Shown: positions 22,775 to 31,409, counted from the stretch's first letter. The stretch is DNA of 64,000 nucleotides from Vulcanimicrobiota bacterium (GCA_963757945.1 CAVWTN010000002.1:458262-522261); one strand, 5' to 3'. Notes: generated by a model not told the origin, from the sequence alone. Program-made: numbers and translations.

Positions 22775-23611
22775 ATGAACCCGAGCGACTTTGCCCTCGA
22801 GGACGACTTTTGCGACGTCCTGCGAAAGGCGATGCGCGGGACGGGCGAGGGGCCCACCGTTATCGCCGAGCGAACAGGGCTCGACGCCGCCGCGATCAAC
22901 CGCTGGTCGAAGGGCGAGGGCGTCCCCGACGAGGCGACCACGCGTACGCTCGCGCGCGCGCTCGCGCTCGACCCCGGAAAACTCGCCGATTCCGCCGCAC
23001 GGCGCTGGCATCCGCACGTCGCGCTGCCGGGCGACGTGCGGCATCACCCGCACGATCCGCACCCCTCCAACGGATACCTTTTCTTCTTGGAGGAGAACCG
23101 GACCGCGGCGCTCATCGATCCGGCGGGGATCGCGAAGACCATCCTCGACGCAATCCGCGAGGGGCCGTATGCGCTGCGCTACATCCTGATCACGCACAAA
23201 CACGCCGATCATTGCGACGCGACCGCCGATATCGCGCACGCGTTCCCAGGCGCTCAGATCGTCATGCATAAAGACGACGTCGCCGCGCTCGGCGCCTACA
23301 CGCGCAAGGCCCTTCCGCTGGTCGACAACGCGGCGCTGCCGTTCGGGGAGGGCGCCGAGATCCGGATGCTCCACACGCCCGGGCACACTGACGGCTCCTC
23401 GTCGTATTTGTTTCGCTCGACGCTCTTCACCGGGGATACGCTCTTCGCGGGGAGCGTCGGGGGCGCGTACGGCGACCTGAGCACCTATCGCGACATTCTC
23501 GAGAGCGTCCGCACGAAAATCTTCACGCTTCCGGACGACGTCGTCCTGATGCCCGGGCACGGCCCGCCGTCGACGGTCGCCTTGGAAAAAGCGCACAATC
23601 CCTTCTTCTGA
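22775..23611 (+). CDS. MBL-fold metallo-hydrolase (glyoxalase II-like)
   Basis: Motif HKHADHCD and downstream metal-binding His/Asp residues. Start ATG at 22775 assumed (MNPSDF). Confidence 0.7.
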   Translation: MNPSDFALEDDFCDVLRKAMRGTGEGPTVIAERTGLDAAAINRWSKGEGVPDEATTRTLARALALDPGKLADSAARRWHPHVALPGDVRHHPHDPHPSNGYLFFLEENRTAALIDPAGIAKTILDAIREGPYALRYILITHKHADHCDATADIAHAFPGAQIVMHKDDVAALGAYTRKALPLVDNAALPFGEGAEIRMLHTPGHTDGSSSYLFRSTLFTGDTLFAGSVGGAYGDLSTYRDILESVRTKIFTLPDDVVLMPGHGPPSTVALEKAHNPFF

Positions 23612-23620
23612 AATGGACGC

Positions 23621-24148
23621 ATGATCGAGAGAGTCTTCGAAAAGTTCCTCTGGAACACGCGCTTCATCGTCGTCGTCGCCGTGATCGCGTGCCTGTTCGC
23701 CTCGGTGGCGATGTTCTTCATCGCCACCGTCGATGTCGTGCGGTTGCCGCAGGCCGCGGTGGACTACGTCAATCCCGCGCTCGCGGAGGCGGAGCGCCAC
23801 CGTCTCTACAATCGGACCGTCGCGGACGTCGCGGGAATCATCGATGCGTACCTGTTCGCGACGATCCTGCTCATCTTCGCGCTCGGTCTCTACGAGCTCT
23901 TCGTGAGCAAGATCGAGGCGGCCGAGAACTCCGCGTTTGCGGAGCGGATCCTGCTCGTCCGCTCGCTCGACGATCTCAAGGATCGCCTTGCGAAAGTGAT
24001 CTTCCTGATCCTGATCGTCAAGTATTTCGAATACGCGTTGGAGCAACAAATCCACACGTCGCTCGATCTCTTGATGCTCGCACTGGGCATCGCGCTCATC
24101 GCCCTAGCAATCTACCTGACCCGAGCGGCCAAAGGCACCGGCCACTAG
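23621..24148 (+). CDS. YqhA-family (UPF0114) membrane protein
   Basis: 4-TM small membrane protein with a YqhA-like N-terminus (FLWNTRFIVVVAV). Confidence 0.6.
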   Translation: MIERVFEKFLWNTRFIVVVAVIACLFASVAMFFIATVDVVRLPQAAVDYVNPALAEAERHRLYNRTVADVAGIIDAYLFATILLIFALGLYELFVSKIEAAENSAFAERILLVRSLDDLKDRLAKVIFLILIVKYFEYALEQQIHTSLDLLMLALGIALIALAIYLTRAAKGTGH

Positions 24149-24205
24149 AGCGACCACATCCGGCGCATCCTTCGACAAGCTGCGCACCCTGAGCTTGCCG
24201 AGGGG

Positions 24206-24976
24206 TCAGACGCGGAGCTTGTAGCCGACCGCCGTCATGCGCAGCGCGGCGGCGAGCGCCAGGGCGGTGAGCACCGAGACGATTGCGAGAGAGCGCCCCA
24301 GCGGCACGTCGCCCGTGCCGATGAAGGCGTAGCGGAACGCATCGATCATATACATCATCGGATTGAACGCGGAGACCGCGCGGACGGCGGGCGGCAACTG
24401 TTGCGCCGACGTGAAGACGCCGCCCACGAACACGAGCGGCGTGATCACGAACGTCGTGAAAATCGCGATGTGGTCGAACTTCTCGGCCAGCAGGCCGAAG
24501 ACGATGCCGATCGCCCCGAACAGCACGGCGACCAGCAGCGTCACGCCCACGAACAGGAACCAATTCTGCGGCCAGGTCTGCGCGAACAGGATCCCGACCG
24601 CGAGCACGAGCCCCGCGATGAAGAGCGCGCGCACGGCCGAGGCCACGATAAAGCCGCTGACGAGCTCGAGCGCCGAGAGTGGCGCGATCAGCATCTCCTG
24701 AATCGAGTTCATCAAACGGCCCTGAAAGACGGAGCTGCTGCTCTCGCCGTACGTCGCGTCGATCACCTGCAGCATGATCAGCCCCGGAATCAGGAACGCC
24801 GCGTAAGTGACGCCGCCGGCCGGCTTGATTCGGCTGCCCAGCGAGAGCCCGAAGACCACGACGTAGAGCACGGTCGTGATCACGGGCGGCCAAACGACCT
24901 GATTGATCACCTTGTACGTGCGCATGAGCTCGCGCTTGACCAGCGTCCAGAATCCGACGACGTTCGGCCCGTTCAC
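24206..24976 (-). CDS. ABC-2 type transporter permease
   Basis: 6-TM ABC-2 permease topology. Overlaps the ATPase gene by 4 bp. Confidence 0.8.
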   Translation of the reverse strand: MNGPNVVGFWTLVKRELMRTYKVINQVVWPPVITTVLYVVVFGLSLGSRIKPAGGVTYAAFLIPGLIMLQVIDATYGESSSSVFQGRLMNSIQEMLIAPLSALELVSGFIVASAVRALFIAGLVLAVGILFAQTWPQNWFLFVGVTLLVAVLFGAIGIVFGLLAEKFDHIAIFTTFVITPLVFVGGVFTSAQQLPPAVRAVSAFNPMMYMIDAFRYAFIGTGDVPLGRSLAIVSVLTALALAAALRMTAVGYKLRV

Positions 24977-25899
24977 CGGCGCGTCAACTCCAGGAATACG
25001 TCTTGCAGGTTCGCGCGGCGGTAGTCGACGTCGACGACGCGGTAGCCTGCGCTCTCGAGCGCCGCGAGCGCGTTCGAGATGCGTTCCGCCTTGAGCCCGT
25101 CGAACCGGGCGACCCCCGGCGCATCCTCGTCGGGCTTGGCGCCGAGTTCCTCGAGTTCGCCGCTACATCGAACGAACGCGCGATCGAGCGTGACGCGCAA
25201 CGTGCTGCCGCCCCTGCCGGAGAGCAACTGTTCCGTCGTGTCGAAAGCGACGAGCCGGCCCCCTTCGATGATCCCGATCGTGCGGCAGAGCTCCTCGGCT
25301 TCCTCGAGATAATGCGTCGTGAGCACGATCGTCATGCCGCCCGCGTTGAGCTCGCGCAAGAACGCCCACAGCTCGATACGCAGTTCCACATCGACCCCGG
25401 CGGTCGGCTCATCGAGGATCAACAGACGCGGCTGGTGGATCAGCGCACGCGCAAGCGTCAGCCTGCGCTTCATCCCGCCTGAGATCTTGACGTAGGTCTC
25501 GTGCGCCTTGGCGCTCAGCCCGAAGCGCTCGAGCAGCTCGTCGGCGCGCCGATTGACCGCGGCCCCTTGCATGCCGAAATATCCGGCCTGGTAGATCAGC
25601 ACGTCGCGGATCGAAAGATAGCGATCGAAGTTGTATTCCTGCGGCGCGAGCCCGACGAGCTTCCGGGCTGCGCGCCAGTCCGTCTGCGTGTCCGAACCGA
25701 AGACCGCGATCCGGCCGGCCGAGGGGCGCGCGAGACCCACGATCGCGTTGATCGTCGTCGTCTTCCCCGCGCCGTTCGGTCCGAGCAGACCGAAGAACTC
25801 GCCGGCGCGAACGCGCAGCGAAAGATCGTCGACGGCCGTGAACGTGCCGTAGCGCTTCGTCAGATGCGAAATCGAGATCGCATCAGGGGATCCGTTCAC
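24973..25899 (-). CDS. ABC transporter ATP-binding protein
   Basis: Walker A GPNGAGKTT, signature LSGGMKRRL, Walker B LILDEPT. GTG start at 25899 with AAGGAG upstream; the ORF's N-terminal extension is not protein-like. Confidence 0.8.
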   Translation of the reverse strand: MNGSPDAISISHLTKRYGTFTAVDDLSLRVRAGEFFGLLGPNGAGKTTTINAIVGLARPSAGRIAVFGSDTQTDWRAARKLVGLAPQEYNFDRYLSIRDVLIYQAGYFGMQGAAVNRRADELLERFGLSAKAHETYVKISGGMKRRLTLARALIHQPRLLILDEPTAGVDVELRIELWAFLRELNAGGMTIVLTTHYLEEAEELCRTIGIIEGGRLVAFDTTEQLLSGRGGSTLRVTLDRAFVRCSGELEELGAKPDEDAPGVARFDGLKAERISNALAALESAGYRVVDVDYRRANLQDVFLELTRR

Positions 25900-26623
25900 C
25901 GAGCTCCTTGTACCGATGGCGCAACAGCACTCGTTCGCGCGCCTTGGCGCCGGGCATCCCGCTCTTACGGATCTGGCGCGCCACCCCTTCGACGTCGAAC
26001 GAAACGCGCCGGTGCTTGACCTGCCAACCGCCGGGCCGCTCGGTGAAAATCGCATAGCTCACGCGCGGGTCGCCGTCTTTCGGCAAACCTGCCGAGGCCA
26101 CGTTCACGAGCATGCGATCGCGCCAAACGCGAACGTAAGGCAGATGCAAGTGCCCGAAGGCGATCGTCCGCTCCGGCACGCCGGCGGTCATGCGCACCAG
26201 GAACCCATCGTCGGCGTCGGGCCACAGGTGTTCTTCATCGTTGCGCGGGTTTGCATGCACGACGAGCAGTTCGTTCCCTTCGGAGCCGATGCGCAACGAA
26301 AACGGGAAGTCGCGCAGGCGCTCGAGCCAGGTTGCGCCGAGTTGCTCGCGCTGCCATGCGAACGCCGAGGCTTCCGCCTCGTCTGCGGCGAGCACCTCGT
26401 CCGCGTCGGCGCCGGCAGCGATGTAGCGATCCGTGTTCCCGCGTACGCAGCGCGCGCCGATTTCCTCTAGGCGTTCGAGCACTTGACGCGGGCGTGGACC
26501 GTCCATGCAATAATCGCCCGCACCGATGATCACGTCGGCGCCGCCCTGCTCGGCGAGGTCCGCCAGGCACGCATCCAGGCCCCGGATGTTTCCGTGAACG
26601 TCGGAAACGATCGCGGCCCGCAC
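25883..26623 (-). CDS. metallophosphoesterase (calcineurin-like)
   Basis: AIVSDVHGN…GDY…GNTD…GHLH phosphoesterase motifs. GTG start at 26623 lies 2 nt after the upstream gene's stop; an alternative ATG at 26689 would overlap it. Confidence 0.65.
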   Translation of the reverse strand: MRAAIVSDVHGNIRGLDACLADLAEQGGADVIIGAGDYCMDGPRPRQVLERLEEIGARCVRGNTDRYIAAGADADEVLAADEAEASAFAWQREQLGATWLERLRDFPFSLRIGSEGNELLVVHANPRNDEEHLWPDADDGFLVRMTAGVPERTIAFGHLHLPYVRVWRDRMLVNVASAGLPKDGDPRVSYAIFTERPGGWQVKHRRVSFDVEGVARQIRKSGMPGAKARERVLLRHRYKELGERIP

Positions 26624-26625
26624 GT

Positions 26626-27495
26626 TCAGCTTCGCCGCAGCGCGAGCGCGAGCAACGACGGCGTCGTCCCGATCTTGCCGAACTCCCACAGGTCGATCGC
26701 GTCGACGGCGACCTTCGCGGCGCGCAGCAGCGGGGGGACCGCGCGGAAACGGAGGTTCCCGATCACGCGCCCGCGCCCGAGCGCGAGCACGCCGGCGCCG
26801 TAATCGTCGCCGCGCGGCACTTCGATCGCCGTCAACCCGGCAAACGCGGCGCCCTGCACGAGCCCGGGCGAATACAGGATCGCTTCCTCATCGACGAAGG
26901 CGGCGACGGCCCGCAAGCGCACGGCATCCGCGGCTACGCCGACCTCGACGATGCGCCGCCCGATCCCGCGCGCGTACGCGGCGAGCTGCTCGCGCCCATG
27001 GGCGTTGCCGCGCCGCCCCGTCGGGATTCCCCCGGCCGATGGCCGTGCTTCACTGACACCGAGGTACAGCGCTTCCGGGCCGAGCAGCACGTCGCCGCCG
27101 TCGAGCAATCCGGGCGCTTCGATCCGGCCGACGATCGGCACGCCCGCCGTCGCCAGCGCCGCTTCGACGGCCGCGAGTTCGGTTCGCCGGGCTACGTCGC
27201 TGGGCCGCATCAAGAACGCGCCGCCCGGGAAGACGACCGCGAGATCCGCGACCGCGCTCGCATTCGGCAAGCCGGGCGTTTGGTCGATCGCGATCGTTTG
27301 GACGCCGTTGTAGTGCAGCGTGCCTTCGAAGATCGCGAATTGCTCGAGCGCGCGCGCGAAGATCGTCCCCGATTCGCCCTGAACGGGCTTCGCCCGTTCG
27401 ATCGCAGCCGACGGCCGCACGAGCAGCGCCGCCGCCAAGCGTGCGCCGTCATCTTCGACAAAGGGGCCCTTGATCTCGTTCGCTATGCTGACCAC
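26626..27495 (-). CDS. amidinotransferase-superfamily protein (dimethylarginine dimethylaminohydrolase-like)
   Basis: DDAH/arginine-deiminase-fold similarity across the length. The usual C-terminal catalytic Cys appears to be replaced (…GKIGTTPSLL), so it may be non-catalytic. Confidence 0.5.
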   Translation of the reverse strand: MVSIANEIKGPFVEDDGARLAAALLVRPSAAIERAKPVQGESGTIFARALEQFAIFEGTLHYNGVQTIAIDQTPGLPNASAVADLAVVFPGGAFLMRPSDVARRTELAAVEAALATAGVPIVGRIEAPGLLDGGDVLLGPEALYLGVSEARPSAGGIPTGRRGNAHGREQLAAYARGIGRRIVEVGVAADAVRLRAVAAFVDEEAILYSPGLVQGAAFAGLTAIEVPRGDDYGAGVLALGRGRVIGNLRFRAVPPLLRAAKVAVDAIDLWEFGKIGTTPSLLALALRRS

Positions 27496-27550
27496 CCTCA
27501 GTAGTTAACGAGAACCCCCCTCGCGCCCCCTCGCCCCGTGCGCGACTCGT

Positions 27551-27952
27551 TCAGCCTGAGCTTGCCGAAGGGGTCGAAGGGTCTGCACCGATGTCGAGGG
27601 TGATTCGGCCGCTTCCGTTGCAGGTGCAGCAGGCGAGGCCGCTGCCGGTGGCGCGAGCGATTCCGGAGCCTCGGCAGTTCGGGCAGGCTTGGGTTCGCTT
27701 CGGCACGCTGTGAACGCCGCGTCCGCCGCAGGCGCTGCAGGTCAAGCGCTTTTGCGGCTGCACGGCGGTCCCGCGGCACTCACCGCAGCGCACGAATGGT
27801 GCGCGCACGAGAATCATGCCCTCGCCGTGGCAGATCTCGCAGCGCGAGAGCGGGGAAAGGACCCCGAATGGATCCTTTCCCGTCCCGCGGCAGAACGCGC
27901 ACGCGACCTCATGGTACGCGGAGTTCGGGGTCCGGTTAGGCTGGATTGCCAC
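27551..27952 (-). CDS. DnaJ-type zinc-finger protein (six CxxCxGxG motifs), gas-vesicle-cluster associated, paralog 1
   Basis: 133 aa with repeated CxxC(x)GxG motifs ([48 protein letters not shown]). Paralog of 29608..29985. Confidence 0.6.
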   Translation of the reverse strand: MAIQPNRTPNSAYHEVACAFCRGTGKDPFGVLSPLSRCEICHGEGMILVRAPFVRCGECRGTAVQPQKRLTCSACGGRGVHSVPKRTQACPNCRGSGIARATGSGLACCTCNGSGRITLDIGADPSTPSASSG

Positions 27953-27964
27953 GCACGACCTCCA

Positions 27965-28636
27965 CTACGCGAGTCGAACTTGTTGCGTTGCGCTATCCGC
28001 CACGAGGTAGGTCAGCTTCTCCAACTTCTCGACTTGGTCGAAGAGCGAGAGAGCCTCGTGGTAATGCCCCTCGTTTTCGAAGACGTGCCCGAGTTCAAGG
28101 AGCCGATCGAACGCCTCGCGCCCCTCGATGCTGCCGGGATAGCGCCGCAGGAGCCGCGTGTATCCGTCGATCGCGGTGTGGATCAGCCCTTGTTCGTCCC
28201 AGGCTTGCGCTGCGCGAAGCAAGGCCACTCGGCCCGATGCCGCCGCGGCCAACTTCTGCAACGTGTGCAGGAACGAGGAATGACGTTCCGCCAGCGCCGT
28301 GCGAATTTCATCGTCCGACGCATAGACGCTGAAGGTCCCCGCGGGGAGCAACGTAAGGCGCCGCTGTAACGCGTCGACGACCCGGCCGTGATCGAACGTT
28401 ATCCGCCCGAGCCACGCGTCATCCTGGGCCAGCGTGCGCACGCGCTCCTGCGAAAATTCGTCGAGCGGAACGGCGCTGACGAGTGCGGCCAACTCGCCAT
28501 ACTCGATCGCGGTGAGCGGCGCCGATCCGTTGACGCCGAACGTGTCATCGGGCAGGCGGCTCTGGGCATCGGTCTGCTTCGCGATCCCGTAAAGGTACCA
28601 CCCGTGGTCCGGGGGCAAGCGGTGTTTCGTCATCAC
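27965..28636 (-). CDS. GvpL/GvpF-family N-terminal domain fused to a TPR-like C-terminal region
   Basis: N-terminal ~135 aa aligns with the gvpL at 31578..32423 (GHAWYLYGIAK…YGELAALVSAVPLDEF…FSVYASDD). The C-terminus diverges into TPR-like helices (AWDEQGLIHTAIDGYTRLLRRYPGS…GHYHEALSLFDQV). Confidence 0.65.
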   Translation of the reverse strand: MMTKHRLPPDHGWYLYGIAKQTDAQSRLPDDTFGVNGSAPLTAIEYGELAALVSAVPLDEFSQERVRTLAQDDAWLGRITFDHGRVVDALQRRLTLLPAGTFSVYASDDEIRTALAERHSSFLHTLQKLAAAASGRVALLRAAQAWDEQGLIHTAIDGYTRLLRRYPGSIEGREAFDRLLELGHVFENEGHYHEALSLFDQVEKLEKLTYLVADSATQQVRLA

Positions 28637-29031
28637 CGGCTCCCTCCGCGTGCGACGCCGGCTCGCCTGCGCGTGTAGCTGCTCCAGATGCGCGCCGTCT
28701 CGCTGCGTCGGCCGTGGAGGCCGCCGAGCAGACCGCGAACCTGCGCCCGGTTCTGTGCCGTTTCTGCCTCGAGCAGCGTTCGCTGGCGCTGTGCCGTTGC
28801 CGCAAGCTCGCGGCCGAAACCCGCGAGCAGCGTGGCGACCGCCCGGCTACGGACGGTCACGTCCTCTCTGAGCGCCTCTCGCAGCGAGGCATCCTCGCGC
28901 AGGCGCTCGCGCCCCAGCAGCTCGAGCTTTTGCGCGATCGCCGCCCGTCTGGCTGCAATCTCTAGCGAGCGTTCATCGTGCGCCTGCTCCAACCGATCGG
29001 TCAGCGCGCGCACGTCCGCGACTATTGCCAT
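28633..29031 (-). CDS. predicted coiled-coil gas-vesicle-associated protein ('GvpX' paralog 1, family not recognised)
   Basis: 132 aa, helical and Arg/Glu/Ala-rich. The first ~100 aa are paralogous to 37420..38013 (MAIVADVRALTDRLEQ…). ATG at 29031; the ORF's upstream extension is junk. Immediately downstream of gvpA1. Confidence 0.5.
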   Translation of the reverse strand: MAIVADVRALTDRLEQAHDERSLEIAARRAAIAQKLELLGRERLREDASLREALREDVTVRSRAVATLLAGFGRELAATAQRQRTLLEAETAQNRAQVRGLLGGLHGRRSETARIWSSYTRRRAGVARGGSR

Positions 29032-29168
29032 GTCGATCTCCCGAATCATTGAAGAAAAACAGTGCGAGGGGGCGCCGGCGTCTTTGCCGCCGATCGCTAC
29101 GCACGACCGGCATGCAAGCCCCGGCGCCCTTCGCTCGAGCTCGATCGACGAGCTCTTTGCCGCTCGTG

Positions 29169-29399
29169 CTATGCGGCGGCCGCCTGCGGTGCGGCGACGG
29201 ATGCCGTGAGCCCGATCGCTTCGGCATACTTGAGGTAGGTTTCGACCGACGCGACGACGGCGCGGATTTCGATCGCGAGCAATTCGATGCCGACCAGCGA
29301 CACGCGCACCCATGCGTCGATGACGAGGCCCTTGTCCAAGATGCGATCGACGACTTCCACGAGGCTCGACGAGCCGATTGCCTTCTCTACTTGTGCCAT
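29169..29399 (-). CDS. gvpA: gas vesicle structural protein GvpA (copy 1)
   Basis: 76 aa: [64 protein letters not shown]… is the canonical GvpA core. Confidence 0.92.
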   Translation of the reverse strand: MAQVEKAIGSSSLVEVVDRILDKGLVIDAWVRVSLVGIELLAIEIRAVVASVETYLKYAEAIGLTASVAAPQAAAA

Positions 29400-29494
29400 T
29401 CTCAGCCAAGCTCCCTGTGACGAATAGCGGCCTTGACGCATTGCCGAAGCCGCTGGTTGGGGTCCCATCGCCATCCTATCCGGCGCTCGAGAAC

Positions 29495-29543
29495 TCAACA
29501 ACACTCGATCGAGGTACTGCGGACTATCCGGACGGATACAAAT
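29495..29543 (-). promoter_or_regulatory. conserved upstream element of gvpA copy 1 (CTCGATCGAG palindrome + TATCCG-N2-CGGATA inverted repeat)
   Basis: About 48 bp nearly identical to 38510..38558 upstream of gvpA copy 2, while the flanking intergenic DNA diverges. Confidence 0.5.
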
Positions 29544-29607
29544 CCGTGCGCCCTTCGAACCACGCGGGGCGCACGCCGCAGCGCGGGATCGCGCCTGGCT
29601 GGCGGCG

Positions 29608-29985
29608 TTACGAAGCCGAACCGCTATGCAACGTCACTCTGCCGCTGCCGGTACAGGTGGAACACGACAGATCGATCTCGCTTTCCGGATCGACGCCCGT
29701 ACCTTTGCAAACCGGGCACGCTTGGTTGTTCTTCGAGACGCTCTGCACGCCGCGCCCTCCGCACGCACTGCACGTCAGACGCTTGTGCGGCTGCGCGCCG
29801 GTACCATGGCATTCGCCGCAGCGCACGAACGGCACGTGCACGATGTTCTTGCCGACGCCCTGGCACGTCTCGCAGCGCGAAAGGTCGGAAAGGAGCCCGA
29901 ACGGATCCTTACCCGTACCGCTACAGAATGCGCATTCGACGGCCTGTTCGCCTGGTTTCGGAACTGGATTAGGCATTGGCTCCAA
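29608..29985 (-). CDS. DnaJ-type zinc-finger protein (CxxCxGxG repeats), paralog 2
   Basis: 125 aa ([48 protein letters not shown]). About 50% identical to 27551..27952. Overlaps the gvpJ stop. Confidence 0.6.
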   Translation of the reverse strand: MEPMPNPVPKPGEQAVECAFCSGTGKDPFGLLSDLSRCETCQGVGKNIVHVPFVRCGECHGTGAQPHKRLTCSACGGRGVQSVSKNNQACPVCKGTGVDPESEIDLSCSTCTGSGRVTLHSGSAS

Positions 29986-30280
29986 TCGCCTCCTCTACGC
30001 GTGCGAGTCTTTCTTTGAGTAAAAGGTTATCGGCCTCGAGACTTTCGGCGCGCGAAACCAGCGCCGAGTCGCGCTCCCACCAGTTGATCCCCATCTCTTT
30101 CGCCTTGTCCACCGATGCGATCAACAAGCGCACCTTGATGCTCAACAACTCCACCTGAACGAGGGAGATGGTGATGTCCCCGGCGATGACGATGCCCTTG
30201 TCGAGCACGCGCTCGAGGATGTCGGCCAAGTTCGTGGTCTGGATTGCACTGGCGACGCGCCGGTCGCTTGCGTTCTGCAT
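29969..30280 (-). CDS. gvpJ: gas vesicle protein GvpJ (GvpA-family)
   Basis: NLADILERVLDKGIVIAGDITISLVQVELLSIKVRLLIASVDKAKEMGI. RBS GGGAGAAGG upstream. Confidence 0.8.
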   Translation of the reverse strand: MQNASDRRVASAIQTTNLADILERVLDKGIVIAGDITISLVQVELLSIKVRLLIASVDKAKEMGINWWERDSALVSRAESLEADNLLLKERLARVEEAIGANA

Positions 30281-30303
30281 GTTCCCTTACCTTCTCCCTG
30301 TTA

Positions 30304-30633
30304 TCACAGGAGATTGCCCAGCGGTCCCAAGTTGAGATTCAAATCCTCGCCTTCCAGACCGAACCGTTCTTTGAGCTCGATCATCGCTTGCTCGAGGTTC
30401 ATGAACGTCTCGCCCATCCGCTCGACCTCGTCCGCCGTCACGCTCTCCGCTTCGATGCGCTTGATGGCCTGACGCTCGAGCAACTGGCGCAACAACTCGA
30501 TGATCGTGAGCACGAGCTTTGCCAGCCCTTGCTCCACGCGCTCCGGGTCGATATCGAGCCGATCCTCCGCGGCCCGCGCCGCGGACGACGGCGCGATCGT
30601 GTCGGGGAGATCGGTCGCATCATTCACGTTCAT
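30304..30633 (-). CDS. gvpK: gas vesicle protein GvpK
   Basis: 109 aa. EQGLAKLVLTIIELLRQLLERQAIKRIE…LNLNLGPLGNLL is the GvpK signature. Confidence 0.85.
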   Translation of the reverse strand: MNVNDATDLPDTIAPSSAARAAEDRLDIDPERVEQGLAKLVLTIIELLRQLLERQAIKRIEAESVTADEVERMGETFMNLEQAMIELKERFGLEGEDLNLNLGPLGNLL

Positions 30634-31409
30634 CGCTGTACCCTCGCCGCTATGCGGGCTCGCGAACGGTCCTCCGCCACGAAGCTGTACGGCGCGGACG
30701 GGCCGCTCAGCACCAGATCGAGTTCCGGGCGCTCGCTGCACAGGCTCGCAAACGCCCTGCGGAATCCCGGCACCGCGGCCGGATCCACGAGATACGCGGC
30801 GCTGCAGGCGATGCGCTCGCTCGCCAGCTCGGACCAACGCACTTCGCGCGCGTGGGGAGAGAGGCGCTCGTCGATGCCGTCCCGCGCCGCGCGGAGGCGC
30901 TCTTCGAGAATCTGCGCCTTCAAATGCACGCGCATCAGCCCGCGCAAGTAACGAGCGCCCGCACCGGAACCGCGAATGTTCGGCCCTGCAGGCAAAGCTG
31001 CCGCCGGCGCGCTTGCGCCGTCCCGCAGAACGGAAGACGTGGTCAGGATCGCCAGATCCAACTCCGCCATGGGGCCCAAGCGCGCCAAGTCCTCGTGCAA
31101 CTGCTCGCGCTGCCGTGCGAGCGTTTCGACGACGGCCGTCTCGCCGCGCAGTACCGTGCCGAACCGGGCAGGAAGCGCGGAGTTCCGCTGGCGTACCGCC
31201 TCGACGACGGCTTGGTGAGCGAAGAGATGCTTGGCCGTATGCTCCCAACGTTCCTGACTCACCGCGCCGGTGACGGCCGCAAGGCCTGCGCCGCGGACCA
31301 AAGCCAACGCCTCACCCTCCACGCCGCGCACGCCGGGCGCCAGCTCGGCCTGCGGCGGAACGATCGCGTAGACGTACAGGTATCGTTCGCTACGGTCGAG
31401 CGTTTCCAC
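30630..31409 (-). CDS. gvpF: gas vesicle protein GvpF/GvpL family
   Basis: N-terminal YLYVYAIV… and GvpF-family architecture. GTG start; ATGA-type overlap with gvpK. Confidence 0.75.
   Translation of the reverse strand: METLDRSERYLYVYAIVPPQAELAPGVRGVEGEALALVRGAGLAAVTGAVSQERWEHTAKHLFAHQAVVEAVRQRNSALPARFGTVLRGETAVVETLARQREQLHEDLARLGPMAELDLAILTTSSVLRDGASAPAAALPAGPNIRGSGAGARYLRGLMRVHLKAQILEERLRAARDGIDERLSPHAREVRWSELASERIACSAAYLVDPAAVPGFRRAFASLCSERPELDLVLSGPSAPYSFVAEDRSRARIAARVQR

Noticed and set aside
26626-27495. Including the DDAH-like gene as the last gene of the gvp operon
   Set aside because: It is co-directional and only 55 bp downstream of ZnF1. It has no known connection to gas vesicles and there is no translational coupling. 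It is left as a separate gene.
29169-29504. Longer 111-aa form of GvpA1 starting at the upstream ATG ([16 protein letters not shown]…)
   Set aside because: The canonical GvpA N-terminus ([11 protein letters not shown]) starts at the internal ATG 29399. The identical 76-aa copy 2 starts with it. The upstream extension is not conserved between copies.
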